This document shows positions 44,523 to 55,930 of a stretch of DNA of 64,000 nucleotides, piece by piece. The notes beneath the pieces are model-generated. The model was not told where the DNA came from, searched no databases, and saw only the letters and a program-made list of their open reading frames with translations. The stretch covers positions 51,204 through 115,203 of the forward strand of contig CAVXOY010000017.1 of the NCBI GenBank assembly GCA_963763495.1, read 5' to 3'. The first letter of the stretch is position 1; every line of letters starts with the position of its first letter. Both the position numbers and the translations under genes were made by a program. This DNA is from an uncultured Chloroflexia bacterium. GTDB lineage: Bacteria; Chloroflexota; Dehalococcoidia; DSTF01; JALHUB01.

Positions 44523-47500
44523 ATGACGACACTGAGCAGAAGGAATTTTATTAAGCTTTCTACCGTGGGTGGCGGTGGCATCCTCCTGGCAAGCGGGCTA
44601 GGTTTTGCCGAAGGAGCCGACTACCCCCTCCACAAGAAGGTTGGGGAGGGATACACGATCTGTCCCTACTGCTCCTGCGGTTGCGGCCTGATTATTGCCA
44701 CTGATGAGGAGGGGCACGTCACGAACTCGGAGGGCGACCCCGACCACATCATGAACCGCGGCGCCCTCGACCCCAAGTCCATCGCCGTGCAGCAGCTCTC
44801 CACCAGCCCTCTGCGCTTGCACAAGGTGATGTATCGCGCGCCGGGCTCGGCAGAGTGGGAGGAGAAGGAATGGGATTGGGCTGTCAGCGAGATCGCCAAG
44901 CGCGTCAAGAAGACGCGCGATGAGACGTGGGTGTCAACCGTCAAGGTTGAAGACAAGGACGTGGCGGTAAACCGGACAGAGGGGCTCGCCTGCCTGGGCG
45001 GAGCCGCCAACAATAACGAGGATTGCTACCTCTATTCCAAGTTCGCGCGCGGCCTGGGGGTGGTCTATCTAGAACATCAGGCCCGCATATGACACTCGGC
45101 CACGGTGGCCGGTCTCGGCCCCTCATTTGGTCGCGGTGCCATGACAAACGACTGGCTCGACGCCAAGAACTCGGATTGCATCTTCGTCCTCGGCGCCAAT
45201 CCGGCGGAGAACCATCCCGCCTCGATGCTCTGGATAAACGACGGCGCGCGACAAGCGGGGAGCGAAGCTGGTCGTCGTCGACCCGCGCTTGACCCGCACC
45301 GCCGCCAACGCCGATATCTACGCCCCCATCCGCTCCGGCACGGATATCGTTCTCCTGGGAGCGCTCGATCAACTACATGATCCAGAACAAGCTGTACCAC
45401 GAGGAGTACGTCAAGTACTACACCAACGCCCTCACCCTCATCAACCCCGACTATAAGGGCCCGGGCGACCTGGACGGCCTCTTCTCCGGCTACAACGCCG
45501 AGAAGAGAACCTACGACACGGCGACCTGGCAGTACCAGACGGAGAAGAAGACGTTCACGGTAAAGGAGAAGGACCCGGCCACCGGCGTCGAGCGGGAGGT
45601 GCAGAAAGAGGTCAGCGTGACCAAGGTGGCGAGCAGCCTGGATGATCCCCAGTGCGTCTTCGCCATCCTGAGCAAGCACTACTCGCGCTACACGCCGGAG
45701 ATGGTGGAGCGCATCTGCGGCATGTCCCAGGACAAGTTCCTGGAGGTCGCCCAGACCTACTGCGCCACGGGCGCGCCCGACAAGTCCGGCACCATCCTCT
45801 ACGCCATGGGCCAGACCCAGCACACGGTGGGCTCGCAGAACGTCCGCGGCTCAGCGATGATCCAGCTCCTGCTGGGCAACATCGGCGTGCCGGGCGGCGG
45901 CGTCAACGCCCTGCGCGGCGAGTCCAACGTCCAGGGCTCGACCGACATGGGCCTTCTCTTCCACCTACTGCCCGCCTACATCGGGTCGCCGACGGACAAG
46001 GATGTTGATCTGGACACTTACCTCAAGGTCTTCAACAAGACCAGCTACTGGACAACGGCCCCAAGTTCTTCAAGAGCATGCTGAAGGCCTGGTGCGGCAG
46101 CGCCGCGACCAAGGAGAACAGCTACGCCTACGACTATCTGCCGAGGAGGAGCGGCAACTACTCCTGGATCTCGCTCTTCGAGGCGATGTACGCCGGCAAG
46201 ATCAAGGGCATGATCTGCATGGGCCAGAACCCGGCCGTCGCGGGCCCCAATGTCCGCCTGGAACGAAAGGCGCTGGAGAAGCTGGAGTGGCTGGTCGTCA
46301 TGGACCTGTTTGAGACGGAGACGGCCTGCTTCTGGCGAGGCCCTGAGGCCAACCCCAGCGATATCCAGACCGAGGTGTTCGTGCTGCCGGCGGCCGATGC
46401 CATCGAGAAGGCAGGCTGTATCGCCACCAGCGGGAGGCGCTTGCAGTGGCGGCCCCAAGTGGCCAAGGCGCCCGGCGATGCCAAGGACGATATCTGGATC
46501 ATGGACAGGCTGATCAAGGCGATAAAGAGCGAGTACCAGGGCTCGCAGGAGGCCAAGGACCGGCCGATCCTCGACCTGGCCTGGGACTACGGCGACCCAC
46601 CGGACGTCGAGCGAGTGGCCATGGAGATCAACGGCTATGCCCTCGAGGACGTGAAGGACTCGACGGGCAAGGTGCTGTTGGAGAAGGGCAAGCCTATGTC
46701 CGCCTTCGCTACCATCGCTAGCGCGGCCGACCCGGGCACCATCGCCTGCGGCTGCTGGATCTTCGGCGGCTACTTCGCCGACGCCGACGATGGCAACGGC
46801 AACAAGATGCCGGCCGTCAAGCGACGGGGCCAGAAAGACCCCGGCGACATGGGCTTCTACCCCTTCTGGGGATTCACCTGGCCCGCCAACCGGCGCATCC
46901 TCTACAACCGCGCCTCGGCGCAAGCCGGACGGCACGCCCTGGTCCGAGGACAAGAAGGTGATCTGGTGGGACGCCACCGCCGACTCGGGGACGAAGGACG
47001 CCAGCGGCAATCCCATCTCGGCAAGTGGGTAGGGCTATGACGTGCCCGACTTCGCGCCCACGAAGAAGCCCGACGCCAAAGCCGACCCGACAAGACCGGC
47101 CTTGCCACCCAAGCGGGCACGGACCCCTTCATCATGAGGCCGGACGGCAAGGGCGGGCTCTTCGCGCCCTCGGGGACGGCGGCTGCCGACGGGCCCCTGC
47201 CGGAGCACTACGAGCCGCTGGAATCGCCCGTCACCAACCCGCTGTCCGGCACCCAGAACGACCCCGCGATCAAGATCTGGAACACGGACGCGCGACCAGG
47301 AGATCGGCGACGCCGTGGGTACGGCGGACAAGTTCCCCATCGTCTGCACGACCTACCGCGTCTGCGAGCACTGGCAGGCGGGAGCGATGTCGCGCAACCT
47401 GCCCTGGCTGGCCGAGACCCAGCCCGACATGTTCGTGGAGATGAGCAAGGAGCTGGCCGAGGAGAAGGGGATCAAGAACGGCGACCAGGTGCTCGTGTCA

Positions 47501-47722
47501 TCGGCGCGGGGCCAGGTCCAGATGGTGGCCCTGGTGACCGCCCGCTGGAAGCCCATGACGATAGACGGCAAGACGGTACACGAGATCGGGATGCCGTGGC
47601 ACTACGGCTGGCAGGGCGTGGCGACGGGCGCCATCGCCAACGAGCTGACGCCCCACGTGGGCGACGCCAACACGATGATCCCCGAGTACAAGGCGTTCCT
47701 GGTAGACGTGAGGAAGGCATAG
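44523..47722 (+). CDS. fdnG: formate dehydrogenase-N catalytic subunit, selenocysteine-containing (in-frame TGA at 45090-45092)
   Basis: Tat signal MTTLSRRNFIKLSTVGGGGILLA. 4Fe-4S CPYCSCGCG. ...LEHQARI-[TGA]-HSATVAGLGPSFGRGAMTNDW matches the Sec site of FdnG-type enzymes. Collinear FdnG-like similarity continues through ORFs 45377.., 46078.. and 47315..47722 (C-terminus ...TPHVGDANTMIPEYKAFLVDVRKA). About 5 frame breaks join them. Confidence 0.85.
45093..45135 (+). promoter_or_regulatory. candidate SECIS hairpin immediately 3' of the Sec UGA
   Basis: CACTCGGCCACGGTGGCCGGTCTCGGCCCC contains the self-complementary CGGCCACGGTGGCCG. Its position directly after the UGA fits a bacterial SECIS. The fold was not computed. 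Confidence 0.3.
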
Positions 47723-47768
47723 AGGGAATCGACCGCGGCGGCTTCTGCCGAAAAGTTGGAGGGTACAT

Positions 47769-48568
47769 ATGGCGAAGTACGGCTTACTAATCGATGAGAC
47801 AATTTGCACCGGCTGTCGCGGCTGTCAGGTCGCCTGCAAACAGTGGAACGACCTGCCGGCAGTTGAGACCAAGAACACCGGCAGCTACACCAACCCGCCC
47901 TCGCTCAACGCGGACACCTGGCTGATAATCGACTTCAAGGAGGTGGAGGTCGACGGGGAACTCAAGTGGAGCTTCCTCAACCGTCGCTGCATGCACTGCG
48001 AGCACCCCGCCTGCGTCTCCGCCTGCCCCGTGGGCGCCCTGAAGAAGCACGACGATGGCCCGGTGCTCTGGAACGAGGACAAGTGCATCGGCTGCCGCTA
48101 CTGCATGGTGGCCTGCCCCTTCGACGTGCCCACCTTCACCTGGGACGAAGGCTTGTTGGAGGGGGCACGAAGATCCGCAAGTGCACCCTCTGCATCGACC
48201 GGATCAGCAACGGTCTGGAGCCGGCCTGCGTCAAGACCTGCCCTTCCGGCGCCCTCCGCTTCGGAGAGCGCGATGAGATGGTCGCCTTCGCCCAGGAGAG
48301 GCTGGCGAAGTACCCGGAGAAGTACTACAAGGACCAGGGCATTTACGGTCTCAATGAGGTAGGCGGCACGACGGTGCTCTACATCTCTCACATACCGTTC
48401 CAAGAGATGGGCCTGCCCAAGGTCGGCGACAAGGCTGCGGGCGACGTCAGCGAGACGATCATGAAGAGCACGCCGTTCGTCGCCGTCGGCTGGGCGGCCA
48501 TCCTGGCCGGCATCTGGTGGGTCGTTGGACGCCGCAACCAGATGATGAGCAAGAGCGGTTCGAGCTAA
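47769..48568 (+). CDS. fdnH: formate dehydrogenase iron-sulfur subunit
   Basis: Four ferredoxin-like Cys clusters (CTGCRGCQVAC, CMHCEHPACVSACP, CIGCRYCMVACP, CTLCIDRISNGLEPACVKTCP) and a C-terminal TM anchor. One frameshift near 48165. Confidence 0.8.
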
Positions 48569-48592
48569 GTAAGGCGGGAAGGAGAAGTCGCG

Positions 48593-49775
48593 ATGAGCAG
48601 CAGGGAGACAAGCCTGAGCCGTAACAATCATAACACCCGGGCATCTCGTCCTCCTGGGACTGATGGGCCTCGGGTTCGCGGTGGCGATAGGCCGCTACAT
48701 CAGCGGCATCGGCGCCATCAGCAACCTGAGCGACTCTTACCCCTGGGGGCTCTGGATCAGCTTCGACCTTGCTGTGCGGAGTGGCCCTGGCGGCAGGCGC
48801 CTTCGTCACCGCCTCCGCCGTGTACATCCTGGGCAACGAGGATATTCGCCCCGTCCTCCGTCCCGCTATTCTCACCGGCTTCCTCGGCTACCTGATGGTG
48901 GTCTTCGCTCTCATGGTGGACCTCGGTCACCCGGAGCGCATCTGGTATCTGATGATCTTCTGGAACCTCCACTCCGTCATGTTTGAGGTAGGATGGTGCG
49001 TGATGCTCTACACGACGGTGCTGGCGCTTGAGTTCAGCCCGCTGGTCTTCGAGCGGCTGCGGATGTCGCCCATGCTACGTCTGATCCACGCGATCACCAT
49101 ACCGCTGGTCATCCTGGGCACCGTTCTCTCCACCCTCCACCAGTCCTCGCTGGGCTCGCTGTTCGCATTCTGCCCGACAAGCTGAACGGACTCTGGTTCA
49201 CACCCCTCCTGCCGGCGTTCTTCTTCCTCTCGGCGGTGGCGGTTGGCCCGGCGATGGTGATCTTCGAGTCCACTATCAGCTCGAAGGTGTTCAAGCGGGG
49301 GCTGGAGGTGGAGCTTCTGGGCAAGCTGGCGCTGGCGATCCCCGTCGCCCTGGGCGCCTACCTGATACTGAAGATCGGCGACCTGGCCTACGCCGGGGAG
49401 TTGGACCTGATGTTTAAGGGCAATATGGAGACCGCCCTCTTCTGGGTGGAGCTAGGGGGTGGGGTAATCCTGCCCACGATCCTCTTCCTGCTTCCGGCCG
49501 TTCGGCGCAGCTCCACGGGGCTGTTCTGGGGCGCCCTCCTGGTTATCACCGGCGTGGTTCTGAACCGCTTCGACACCAGCCTGATCGGGGTGGCGCGACC
49601 GGAAGGCGCCTCCTACGTGCCCCACATCTTGGAGTTCGTCGTTACCATCTCAGTCGTTGCCGCCGGCGTTTTCGCCTACAGCATGGTAGCACGCTTCCTG
49701 CCCTCTGTTCACCGAGCACGTCACGGAATGACGATGCACCGGAAGGAAGCGCCAGCGGTATCGGCGGGGGGCTAG
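48593..49775 (+). CDS. NrfD/PsrC-type integral membrane subunit of the formate dehydrogenase complex
   Basis: TPGHLVLLGLMGLGFAVAIGRYISGIGAISNLSDSYPWGLWISFDL and 8 predicted TM helices spread across ORFs 48663.., 48769.. and 49236..49775. Three frame breaks. NrfD-like rather than a cytochrome-b FdnI. Confidence 0.65.
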
Positions 49776-49807
49776 GAGGGGACGCCCGGCGCGGGCGGAG
49801 CCCGGCA

Positions 49808-50637
49808 ATGGTTGGCTACGACAAGATTCTGGAGGCACTGGAAGCGGAGGCGGTGCGCCGGCCGGAGATGGCCGATACCATCGACCTCTACCGCAAGCTG
49901 ATCGAGTGCCAGGCCGATGTTCACGCTCCCCAGAACGGCAGCGGCCTCAGCGCCGAGGAAGCTGCCAGCCGACTGGAGCAGGGACAACCGCTGCTGTCGC
50001 CGGATACGGTGGAGATCGACTCTGCGACCTTCGCTGAACTGTGCAGTCGCATAGGGTTTGCCCTCGCTCAGCAGCAGCGGGAGCTGGTCAAACCGCTGGC
50101 TTTGATCCACGCCTGGCTACGGGAGCGGCGTGAGGAGATCGAACGCTGGCGGTGGAGTATCTGCGGGAGGGCCGCGTCAGCAAGGGCGAAGAGGCAGGAC
50201 TGGAGGGCCCCCTCCTCTCCTTCATCTTCACCCATTCCCTCCGTCCCCTGCTGCGGGCCCAGGCGGCGGCTCTTTCTGGTCATGTCAACGACAGCCAGTG
50301 GTATCGCGGCCGCTGCCCCATCTGCGGCGGGGAGCCTGACATCGCCGCCCTGGAGCGCGGCTCGGGACAGCGGCGGCTCCTCTGCTCCCGCTGCGACAGC
50401 GAGTGGGCCTACCTGCGGATCGCCTGCCCCTTCTGCGGCAACGAGGACCCGTCGCAGCTCGCCTACTACCCCAGCGACGACAAGGTGTACCGGCTCAGCG
50501 TGTGCGAGCGCTGCCATCGCTATCTGAAGACGGTCGACCTGCGGGAAACGGCGGGAGAAAAGCTCTTGCCCGCAGAGCGCATCCTCACCGTCGGCATGGA
50601 CGTGGCCGCTGAGAAGGCAGGCTACCGGGGAACGTGA
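49808..50637 (+). CDS. fdhE: formate dehydrogenase accessory protein FdhE
   Basis: Four Cys pairs (CPICGGEPD, CSRCDSEW, CPFCGNED, CERCHRYLKTVDLRE) are typical of FdhE. Frameshift near 50150. Confidence 0.75.
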
Positions 50638-50710
50638 TGGTGAGCCATCTAGCGCCGAGTTCGCGGTTCGCGCCTACCGCGTCGATGATGGGGAAGACTG
50701 CCGCAAGAAG

Positions 50711-51463
50711 GTGATCGGCGAGGCTGTCTGCAACCTCATCGTGAACGGGCAGGAATGGGTTACCTTCTTCTGTACGCCCAGCGACCTCGAGTACTTGGCG
50801 ATCGGCTTCCTCTTCGACGCCGGCGTTATTGAAAGCGCCGACGAGGTAGAGGACGTACGCGTCACCAGCGGACGGCAGAGCCTCGAGGCGCTCGTCGAAG
50901 TAACGCTGCGCCGCAAGGATGTCGATCTCCCCTCTCGCTCGACGCTGACCAGCGGCTGCGGCGGCGGACTCACCTTTTACGACGTCGCCGCCAAGCGCTC
51001 GCCGCTCGCCTCCGACCTCAGAATCACACCCACGCAGGTCTACGACGCGATGCATCAACTGCTGACGGCGAACGCGGCGCTGCACCACGACGTGGGCGGC
51101 TTCCACAGCGCCGCCCTGAGTGACGGGCAGGAACTGCTGTTCGTCGCCCATGACGTCGGACGCCACAACACGGTCGACAAGATCGCCGGCGCCGCCCTCT
51201 CGCGCGGCATCGCCCTGCGAGACCACCTTCTCGTCACCACCGGCCGCGTCTCGACCGAGATGCTGGCAAAAGCGGCGCGGATGGGCGTGCCGATCGTTAT
51301 CTCGCGCAACTCTCCCACAGCGATGGCCGTGAACTTGGCGCGGGAGTGGCAGATCACAATCGCCGGCTACGTTCGCGGCCACCGGATGCACGTCTACTCG
51401 GCCGAGGAGCGCATCGCCCTCCCGCTGCCCCAAGCCTCCGGAGTAGGCAGCGAACACCCCTAG
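50711..51463 (+). CDS. fdhD: formate dehydrogenase sulfurtransferase FdhD
   Basis: ...TSGCGGGLTF...FHSAAL...GRHNTVDKIAGAAL... are FdhD hallmarks. The true N-terminus probably extends upstream to about 50640 (...AEFAVRAYRVDDGEDCRKKVIGE). Confidence 0.8.
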   Translation: MIGEAVCNLIVNGQEWVTFFCTPSDLEYLAIGFLFDAGVIESADEVEDVRVTSGRQSLEALVEVTLRRKDVDLPSRSTLTSGCGGGLTFYDVAAKRSPLASDLRITPTQVYDAMHQLLTANAALHHDVGGFHSAALSDGQELLFVAHDVGRHNTVDKIAGAALSRGIALRDHLLVTTGRVSTEMLAKAARMGVPIVISRNSPTAMAVNLAREWQITIAGYVRGHRMHVYSAEERIALPLPQASGVGSEHP

Positions 51464-51483
51464 CAAGCCTTGAGGAACGGCGA

Positions 51484-52081
51484 TTGAACGTCACGGGCAT
51501 CATCCTGGCCGGCGGCAAGAGCAGCCGCTTAGGCCGCGATAAGGCGTCGGAATCGGTGAACGGGAAGCCGCTGCTCCAATGGGTGACGGACCGGCTGGAG
51601 CAGGTCGCGGCCGAGATCGTCGTCGTGAAGGCGGCCGGACAGCAACTCCCACCCCTCGCCACGCGCCTGCCTCTGACGGTGGCAGAGGACATCTTGCCGG
51701 AGCACGGCCCTTTGGCGGGCATCCACAGCGGCCTGCAGAGCGCCTCCCACGACCTGTCCGTCGCCGTTGGCTGCGACATGCCGCTGCTGTGCGTCCCCCT
51801 GCTGCACGAGCTTTGCCGTCTGGCCGAGGGCTACGACGTGGTGATGCCGACACGCAAAGGCCGACCCCAGCCGTTGCACGCGGTCTACCGGAGAAAGCTG
51901 CGTCGAGGCGATCGAGAAGGAGCTGCGGGCGGGCCACCTGAAGGTGATCAGCTTCCTCGACGCCGTCCGCGTGCGCTACGTCGGCGAGGATGAATGGGCA
52001 CCCTTCGACAGCGAGGGGCTATCGTTCTTCAACGTGAACTCGGATGACGATCTTCGCCAAGCGGCGCTGCTCCTGAAGTAG
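51484..52081 (+). CDS. mobA: molybdenum cofactor guanylyltransferase
   Basis: TGIILAGGKSSRLGRDKA... is the MobA nucleotide-binding motif. Probable TTG start. Frameshift near 51900 joins to the end ...FFNVNSDDDLRQAALLLK. Confidence 0.7.
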
Positions 52082-52160
52082 CCAGAGGGTCGGGCTTCCG
52101 TTGACAGCGGCGCTACAATAACAGCAGTCCCCCGCCGATCCTGATCTCAGGAGACGTGAC

Positions 52161-53174
52161 TTGGCATCGCACCTGAAGCACGGCATCCTGTTCCTTATCC
52201 TGGCCCTCGCGGTCGCGCTGACGGGGCAGCCGGTCGCCGCCGACGGCATCCGCTATCGCGACGAGGTCTTCCCCACCGTCACGGTCGCTCACGACATCGC
52301 CTACGGTCAGGCAATCGACGAGTACGGGCTGCCGGAGACGCTTTACCTCGACCTCTACCAGCCCAGCGGCGACACGGAGCCGCTGCGCCCCGCCTTCGTC
52401 TGGATCCACGGCGGCGGCTTCACCGGCGGCGACAAGGTGGGCGGCCTCGATGTCGAGATCGCCACCCGCTTCGCCAAACGCGGTTACGTCACCACCTCGA
52501 TCAACTACCGGCTGCGTGAGGGCGAATACTTCGAGCCCGGCGACCCCGACCTGCTGCTGGCCATCTTGGACGCCCAGCACGACGCCCAGGCCTCCGTCCG
52601 CTGGCTGCGCGCCAACGCCGCCACCTACGACATCGATCCCGACCGCATCGCTGTGGGCGGGACCTCCGCTGGCGCGATCACCTCCCTATTCGTCACCTAC
52701 AACTCCGCTGACCCCGGCGACAGCGGCAATCCGGGCTACCCGTCCGACACCAGCGCCTGCGTCGACGTTTCCGGCGCGACGGCCGTCGTGCTGATGGATG
52801 CGGGAGAGCCGCCGGTGCTGGTGGTGCACGGGGTAGAGGACACGCGCGTCCTGTACAGCAGCGCTCTGGCCATTGTCGCCCGCGCCGCCGAGGTGGGGAT
52901 ACCGGCGGAGTTCCACTCCCTGGAGGGAATCGGCCACGGCGTGTGGACGCTGTACAAGGAGGACATCATCCTCTGGACCGCGAACTTCCTCTACGTCCAC
53001 GTCATCGACCCGCCGCCCGTCGGGGGGATAGCGGAGCATCCGCAAATCGAGCCCGATGCGGCTACCGGCGGGAGCGGAGCATCGACGGCCGTCGCCATCG
53101 GAGGCATCTTAGCCGTCAGCGCACTGCTGCTGGCGGCGGGAGGGCTGCTCGCGTTCCAGCGACGCAGAGCTTGA
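52161..53174 (+). CDS. secreted alpha/beta-hydrolase esterase with C-terminal sorting-signal-like tail
   Basis: Signal peptide, HGGGF oxyanion motif and GTSAG nucleophile elbow. The C-terminus reads ...PPVGGIAEHPQIEPDAATGGSGASTAVAIGGILAVSALLLAAGGLLAFQRRRA (motif, spacer, TM helix, basic tail). Confidence 0.75.
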   Translation: MASHLKHGILFLILALAVALTGQPVAADGIRYRDEVFPTVTVAHDIAYGQAIDEYGLPETLYLDLYQPSGDTEPLRPAFVWIHGGGFTGGDKVGGLDVEIATRFAKRGYVTTSINYRLREGEYFEPGDPDLLLAILDAQHDAQASVRWLRANAATYDIDPDRIAVGGTSAGAITSLFVTYNSADPGDSGNPGYPSDTSACVDVSGATAVVLMDAGEPPVLVVHGVEDTRVLYSSALAIVARAAEVGIPAEFHSLEGIGHGVWTLYKEDIILWTANFLYVHVIDPPPVGGIAEHPQIEPDAATGGSGASTAVAIGGILAVSALLLAAGGLLAFQRRRA

Positions 53175-53248
53175 CAAAGCCCGTATAATACGTTCGTAAT
53201 CCACAAGTCCGGCGCGACGCCGATCTGCACTCATCTGGAGGCGGGGAG

Positions 53249-55049
53249 ATGAGACATAAGCTTCTGCTTCTGGCAATCACGAGTGGATGCTTTCTGCTGA
53301 TGCCGAGGGGAACGGAGGCCGGGCCCATTGGTGCCTTCACCCAGGTCAGCGCGGGCTTGGTGCACACCTGCGGGGTGAGGACGGACGGCACCGTGGCCTG
53401 CTGGGGACAACGACTACGGGCAGGCGACGCCGCCCGCCGGCACCTTCAGCCAGGTCAGCGCGGGCGACGACCACACCTGCGGGGTGAAGACGGACGGCAC
53501 CCTCGCCTGCTGGGGGGAACGACGTACGGGCAGGCGACGCCGCCTGCCGGCACCTTCACCCAGGTCAGCGCGGGCGGTTGCGCACACCTGCGGGGTGAGG
53601 ACCGACGGCACCGTGGCCTGCTGGGGGTGGAACGACTGACGGGGCAGGCGACGCCGCCCGCCGGCACCTTCACCCAGGTCAGCGCGGGCGTCGTTCACAC
53701 CTGCGGGGTGAAGACGGACGGCACCGTCGCCTGCTGGGGGGACAACGACTACGGGCAGGCGACACCGCCCGCCGGCACCTTCACCCAGGTCAGCGCGGGC
53801 GGCTGTCACACCTGCGGGGTGAAGACGGACGGCACCCTGGCCTGCTGGGGGGACAACGACTACGGGCAGGCGACGCCGCCCGCCGGCACCTTCACCCAGG
53901 TCAGCGCGGGCGACCATCACACCTGCGGGGTGAGGACGGACGGCACCGCTGGCCTGCTGGGGGTACAACGACTACGGCCAGGCGACGCCGCCCGCCGGCA
54001 CCTTCACCCAGGTCAGCGCGGGCGACTACCACACCTGCGGGGTGAAGACGGACGGCACCGTGGCCTGCTGGGGGGACAACACGCTACGGCCAGGCCACGC
54101 CCCCCGGCGGCACCTTCACCGCCAGGTCAGCGCGGGCGGCTATCACACCTGCGGGGTGCGGACCGATGGCACCCTCGCCTGCTGGGGACAACGACTATGG
54201 GCAGGCGACGCCCCCCGCCGGCACCTTCAGCCAGGTCAGCGCCGGCGATGACGCACAACTGCGGGGTGAAGACGGACGGGACCCTCGCCTGCTGGGGGGA
54301 CAACGACCTACGGGCAGGCGACGCCGCCCGCCGGCACCTTCAGCCAGGTCAGCGCGGGCGGCTACTCACACCTGCGCGGTGAGGACGGACGGCACCCTCG
54401 CCTGCTGGGGGTGGAACGACTACGGGCAGGCAACGCCCCCCGCCGGCACCTTCACCCAGGTCAGCGCGGGCCTGTATCACACCTGCGGGGTGAGGACGGA
54501 CGGCACCCTGGCCTGCTGGGGGAGGAACGACTACGGGCAAGGCGACAGCCCCCCGACGGCACTTTCAGCCAAATTAGCGGGGGCGGTTACTTTACCTGCG
54601 GGGTGCGGACGGACGGCACCCTGGCCTGCTGGGGGGACGATACCTACGGGCAGGCGACGCCGCCCACCGGCACTTTCACCCATGTCAGCGCGGGCTATGG
54701 TCACACCTGCGGGGTGCGGACGGACGGCACCCTAGCCTGCTGGGGGTGGAACGACGCGGGGCAGGCATCGCCACCCGAAGGAATATTCACCCAGGTCAGC
54801 GCGGGCTACGCTCACACCTGTGCGGTCAAAACGAACGGTCTCGTCCTCTGCTGGGGGTTGAACGATAACGGGCAGGCCGCCGCCCCCGTCGGCGGGATAG
54901 CGGAGCACGCGCAGCTTGAGCCAGCCGCAGCATCCGACGCGCACGGCTCATCGGAGTCCAACGCCCTCGCTCTTGCGGGAATCGCAGCCGTTGGCGCGCT
55001 GTTGCTGGCGGCGGGCGCCTGGGGCATGAGGAGGAGGCGGGCAGGCTAG
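53249..55049 (+). CDS. secreted RCC1-like repeat protein (about 14 x 37-aa repeats) with the same C-terminal sorting-signal-like tail
   Basis: Signal peptide MRHKLLLLAITSGCFLLMPRGTEA. Repeats read GTFTQVSAG..HTCGVKTDGT.ACWGDNDYGQATPPA. The C-terminus is ...APVGGIAEHAQLEPAAASDAHGSSESNALALAGIAAVGALLLAAGAWGMRRRRAG. Many repeat-internal indels. Confidence 0.75.
53328..54890 (+). repeat. tandem array of 14 near-identical 111-bp coding repeats
   Basis: The unit ggcaccttcacccaggtcagcgcgggc...tgctggggggacaacgactacgggcaggcgacgccgcccgcc recurs with a 111-bp period at high nucleotide identity. Confidence 0.8.
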
Positions 55050-55062
55050 CGGGCCGTAAAGC

Positions 55063-55875
55063 ATGAGCCGCTACACAAGGCTTCCCCGGAAAGGCGCGGC
55101 TGAGCCCTCCTCTAGACGGAGATGGAAGGCTGCGTTCGCTATCATCTTCGCCGTTGTCATCCTGTTCGCTGCGGCTGTGGTCGGGGCGGTTCTCCTCCTG
55201 CGTAGCGACGGCGGACCGTCCTCACCCAAAGCCGCCATCGTCGACCAGCTAAGCCTCAACGAGCCCAACCCGGGGTTCGTCCAGAGCGTCACCGCCACGC
55301 TCCAGGAAATGGGCTACACCGTCGACTACTTCTCCGGCGAGTATGCCACCGTCGACCTCTTCCGCATCCTGCCGGAGCGCGGCTACGACCTGCTCATCCT
55401 CCGCGTGCACTCGGCGCGGGTCAAGGAGTCGCGCGAGGGGGCGCTCACCGAGGAGGTGGCGCTGTTCAGCGGCGAGGCCTACGACGAGAGCAAGTACCAG
55501 CAGGAGCAGTGGTCGTACCGCCTCGACGTGGCCCGCTATCACAACGCCCAGGGAGAGGAGACGCTCGTCTTCGGCATCGGGCCCGACTTCATCCGCGACA
55601 GCATGAAGGGCCGCTTCAAGGGTACGACGGTGATAATGATGGGCTGCGACGGTCTCAGCTCGGACACGGCAGCGGCGGCGTTCGTCGACAAGGGGGCGAG
55701 CGCCGTCGCTAGTTGGAGCGGGCCGGTCTCCGCCGCCCACACGGACGCGGCGACGGAGTCGCTGGTGCGGCGGCTGGTGGTGGACGGCCTCGACGCGCAG
55801 CAGGCGGTGGTCCAGACAGCCGGCGAACTTGGGCCCGACCCGTCCTACGGCAGCACGCTGCTGGTCTATCCATAG
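55063..55875 (+). CDS. N-terminally membrane-anchored extracytoplasmic protein with His/Cys motifs (caspase-fold-like?)
   Basis: Arg-rich cytoplasmic N-terminus and one TM helix (AAFAIIFAVVILFAAAVVGAVLLL). The ectodomain has a strand-His (DLLILRVHSA) and strand-Cys (TTVIMMGCDGLSS) followed by GASAVASW. Intact 270-aa ORF. Confidence 0.6.
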   Translation: MSRYTRLPRKGAAEPSSRRRWKAAFAIIFAVVILFAAAVVGAVLLLRSDGGPSSPKAAIVDQLSLNEPNPGFVQSVTATLQEMGYTVDYFSGEYATVDLFRILPERGYDLLILRVHSARVKESREGALTEEVALFSGEAYDESKYQQEQWSYRLDVARYHNAQGEETLVFGIGPDFIRDSMKGRFKGTTVIMMGCDGLSSDTAAAAFVDKGASAVASWSGPVSAAHTDAATESLVRRLVVDGLDAQQAVVQTAGELGPDPSYGSTLLVYP

Positions 55876-55930
55876 GACTGTCATCCCTCGCCGCGAGCGC
55901 TCAAGCGCCCGACCCTCTATAATGCCATCA

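Noticed and set aside
45090-45092. TGA treated as the stop of a short 189-aa FDH fragment
   Set aside because: It aligns with the conserved selenocysteine position of FdnG. The downstream frame continues with FdnG-like sequence, so it is read as Sec, not stop.
46045-47016. 323-aa minus-strand ORF
   Set aside because: Antisense to fdnG.
53328-54890. Regular 111-bp repeat array considered as possible CRISPR
   Set aside because: The units are contiguous with no unique spacers. They encode a 37-aa RCC1-like blade in frame within a signal-peptide protein.
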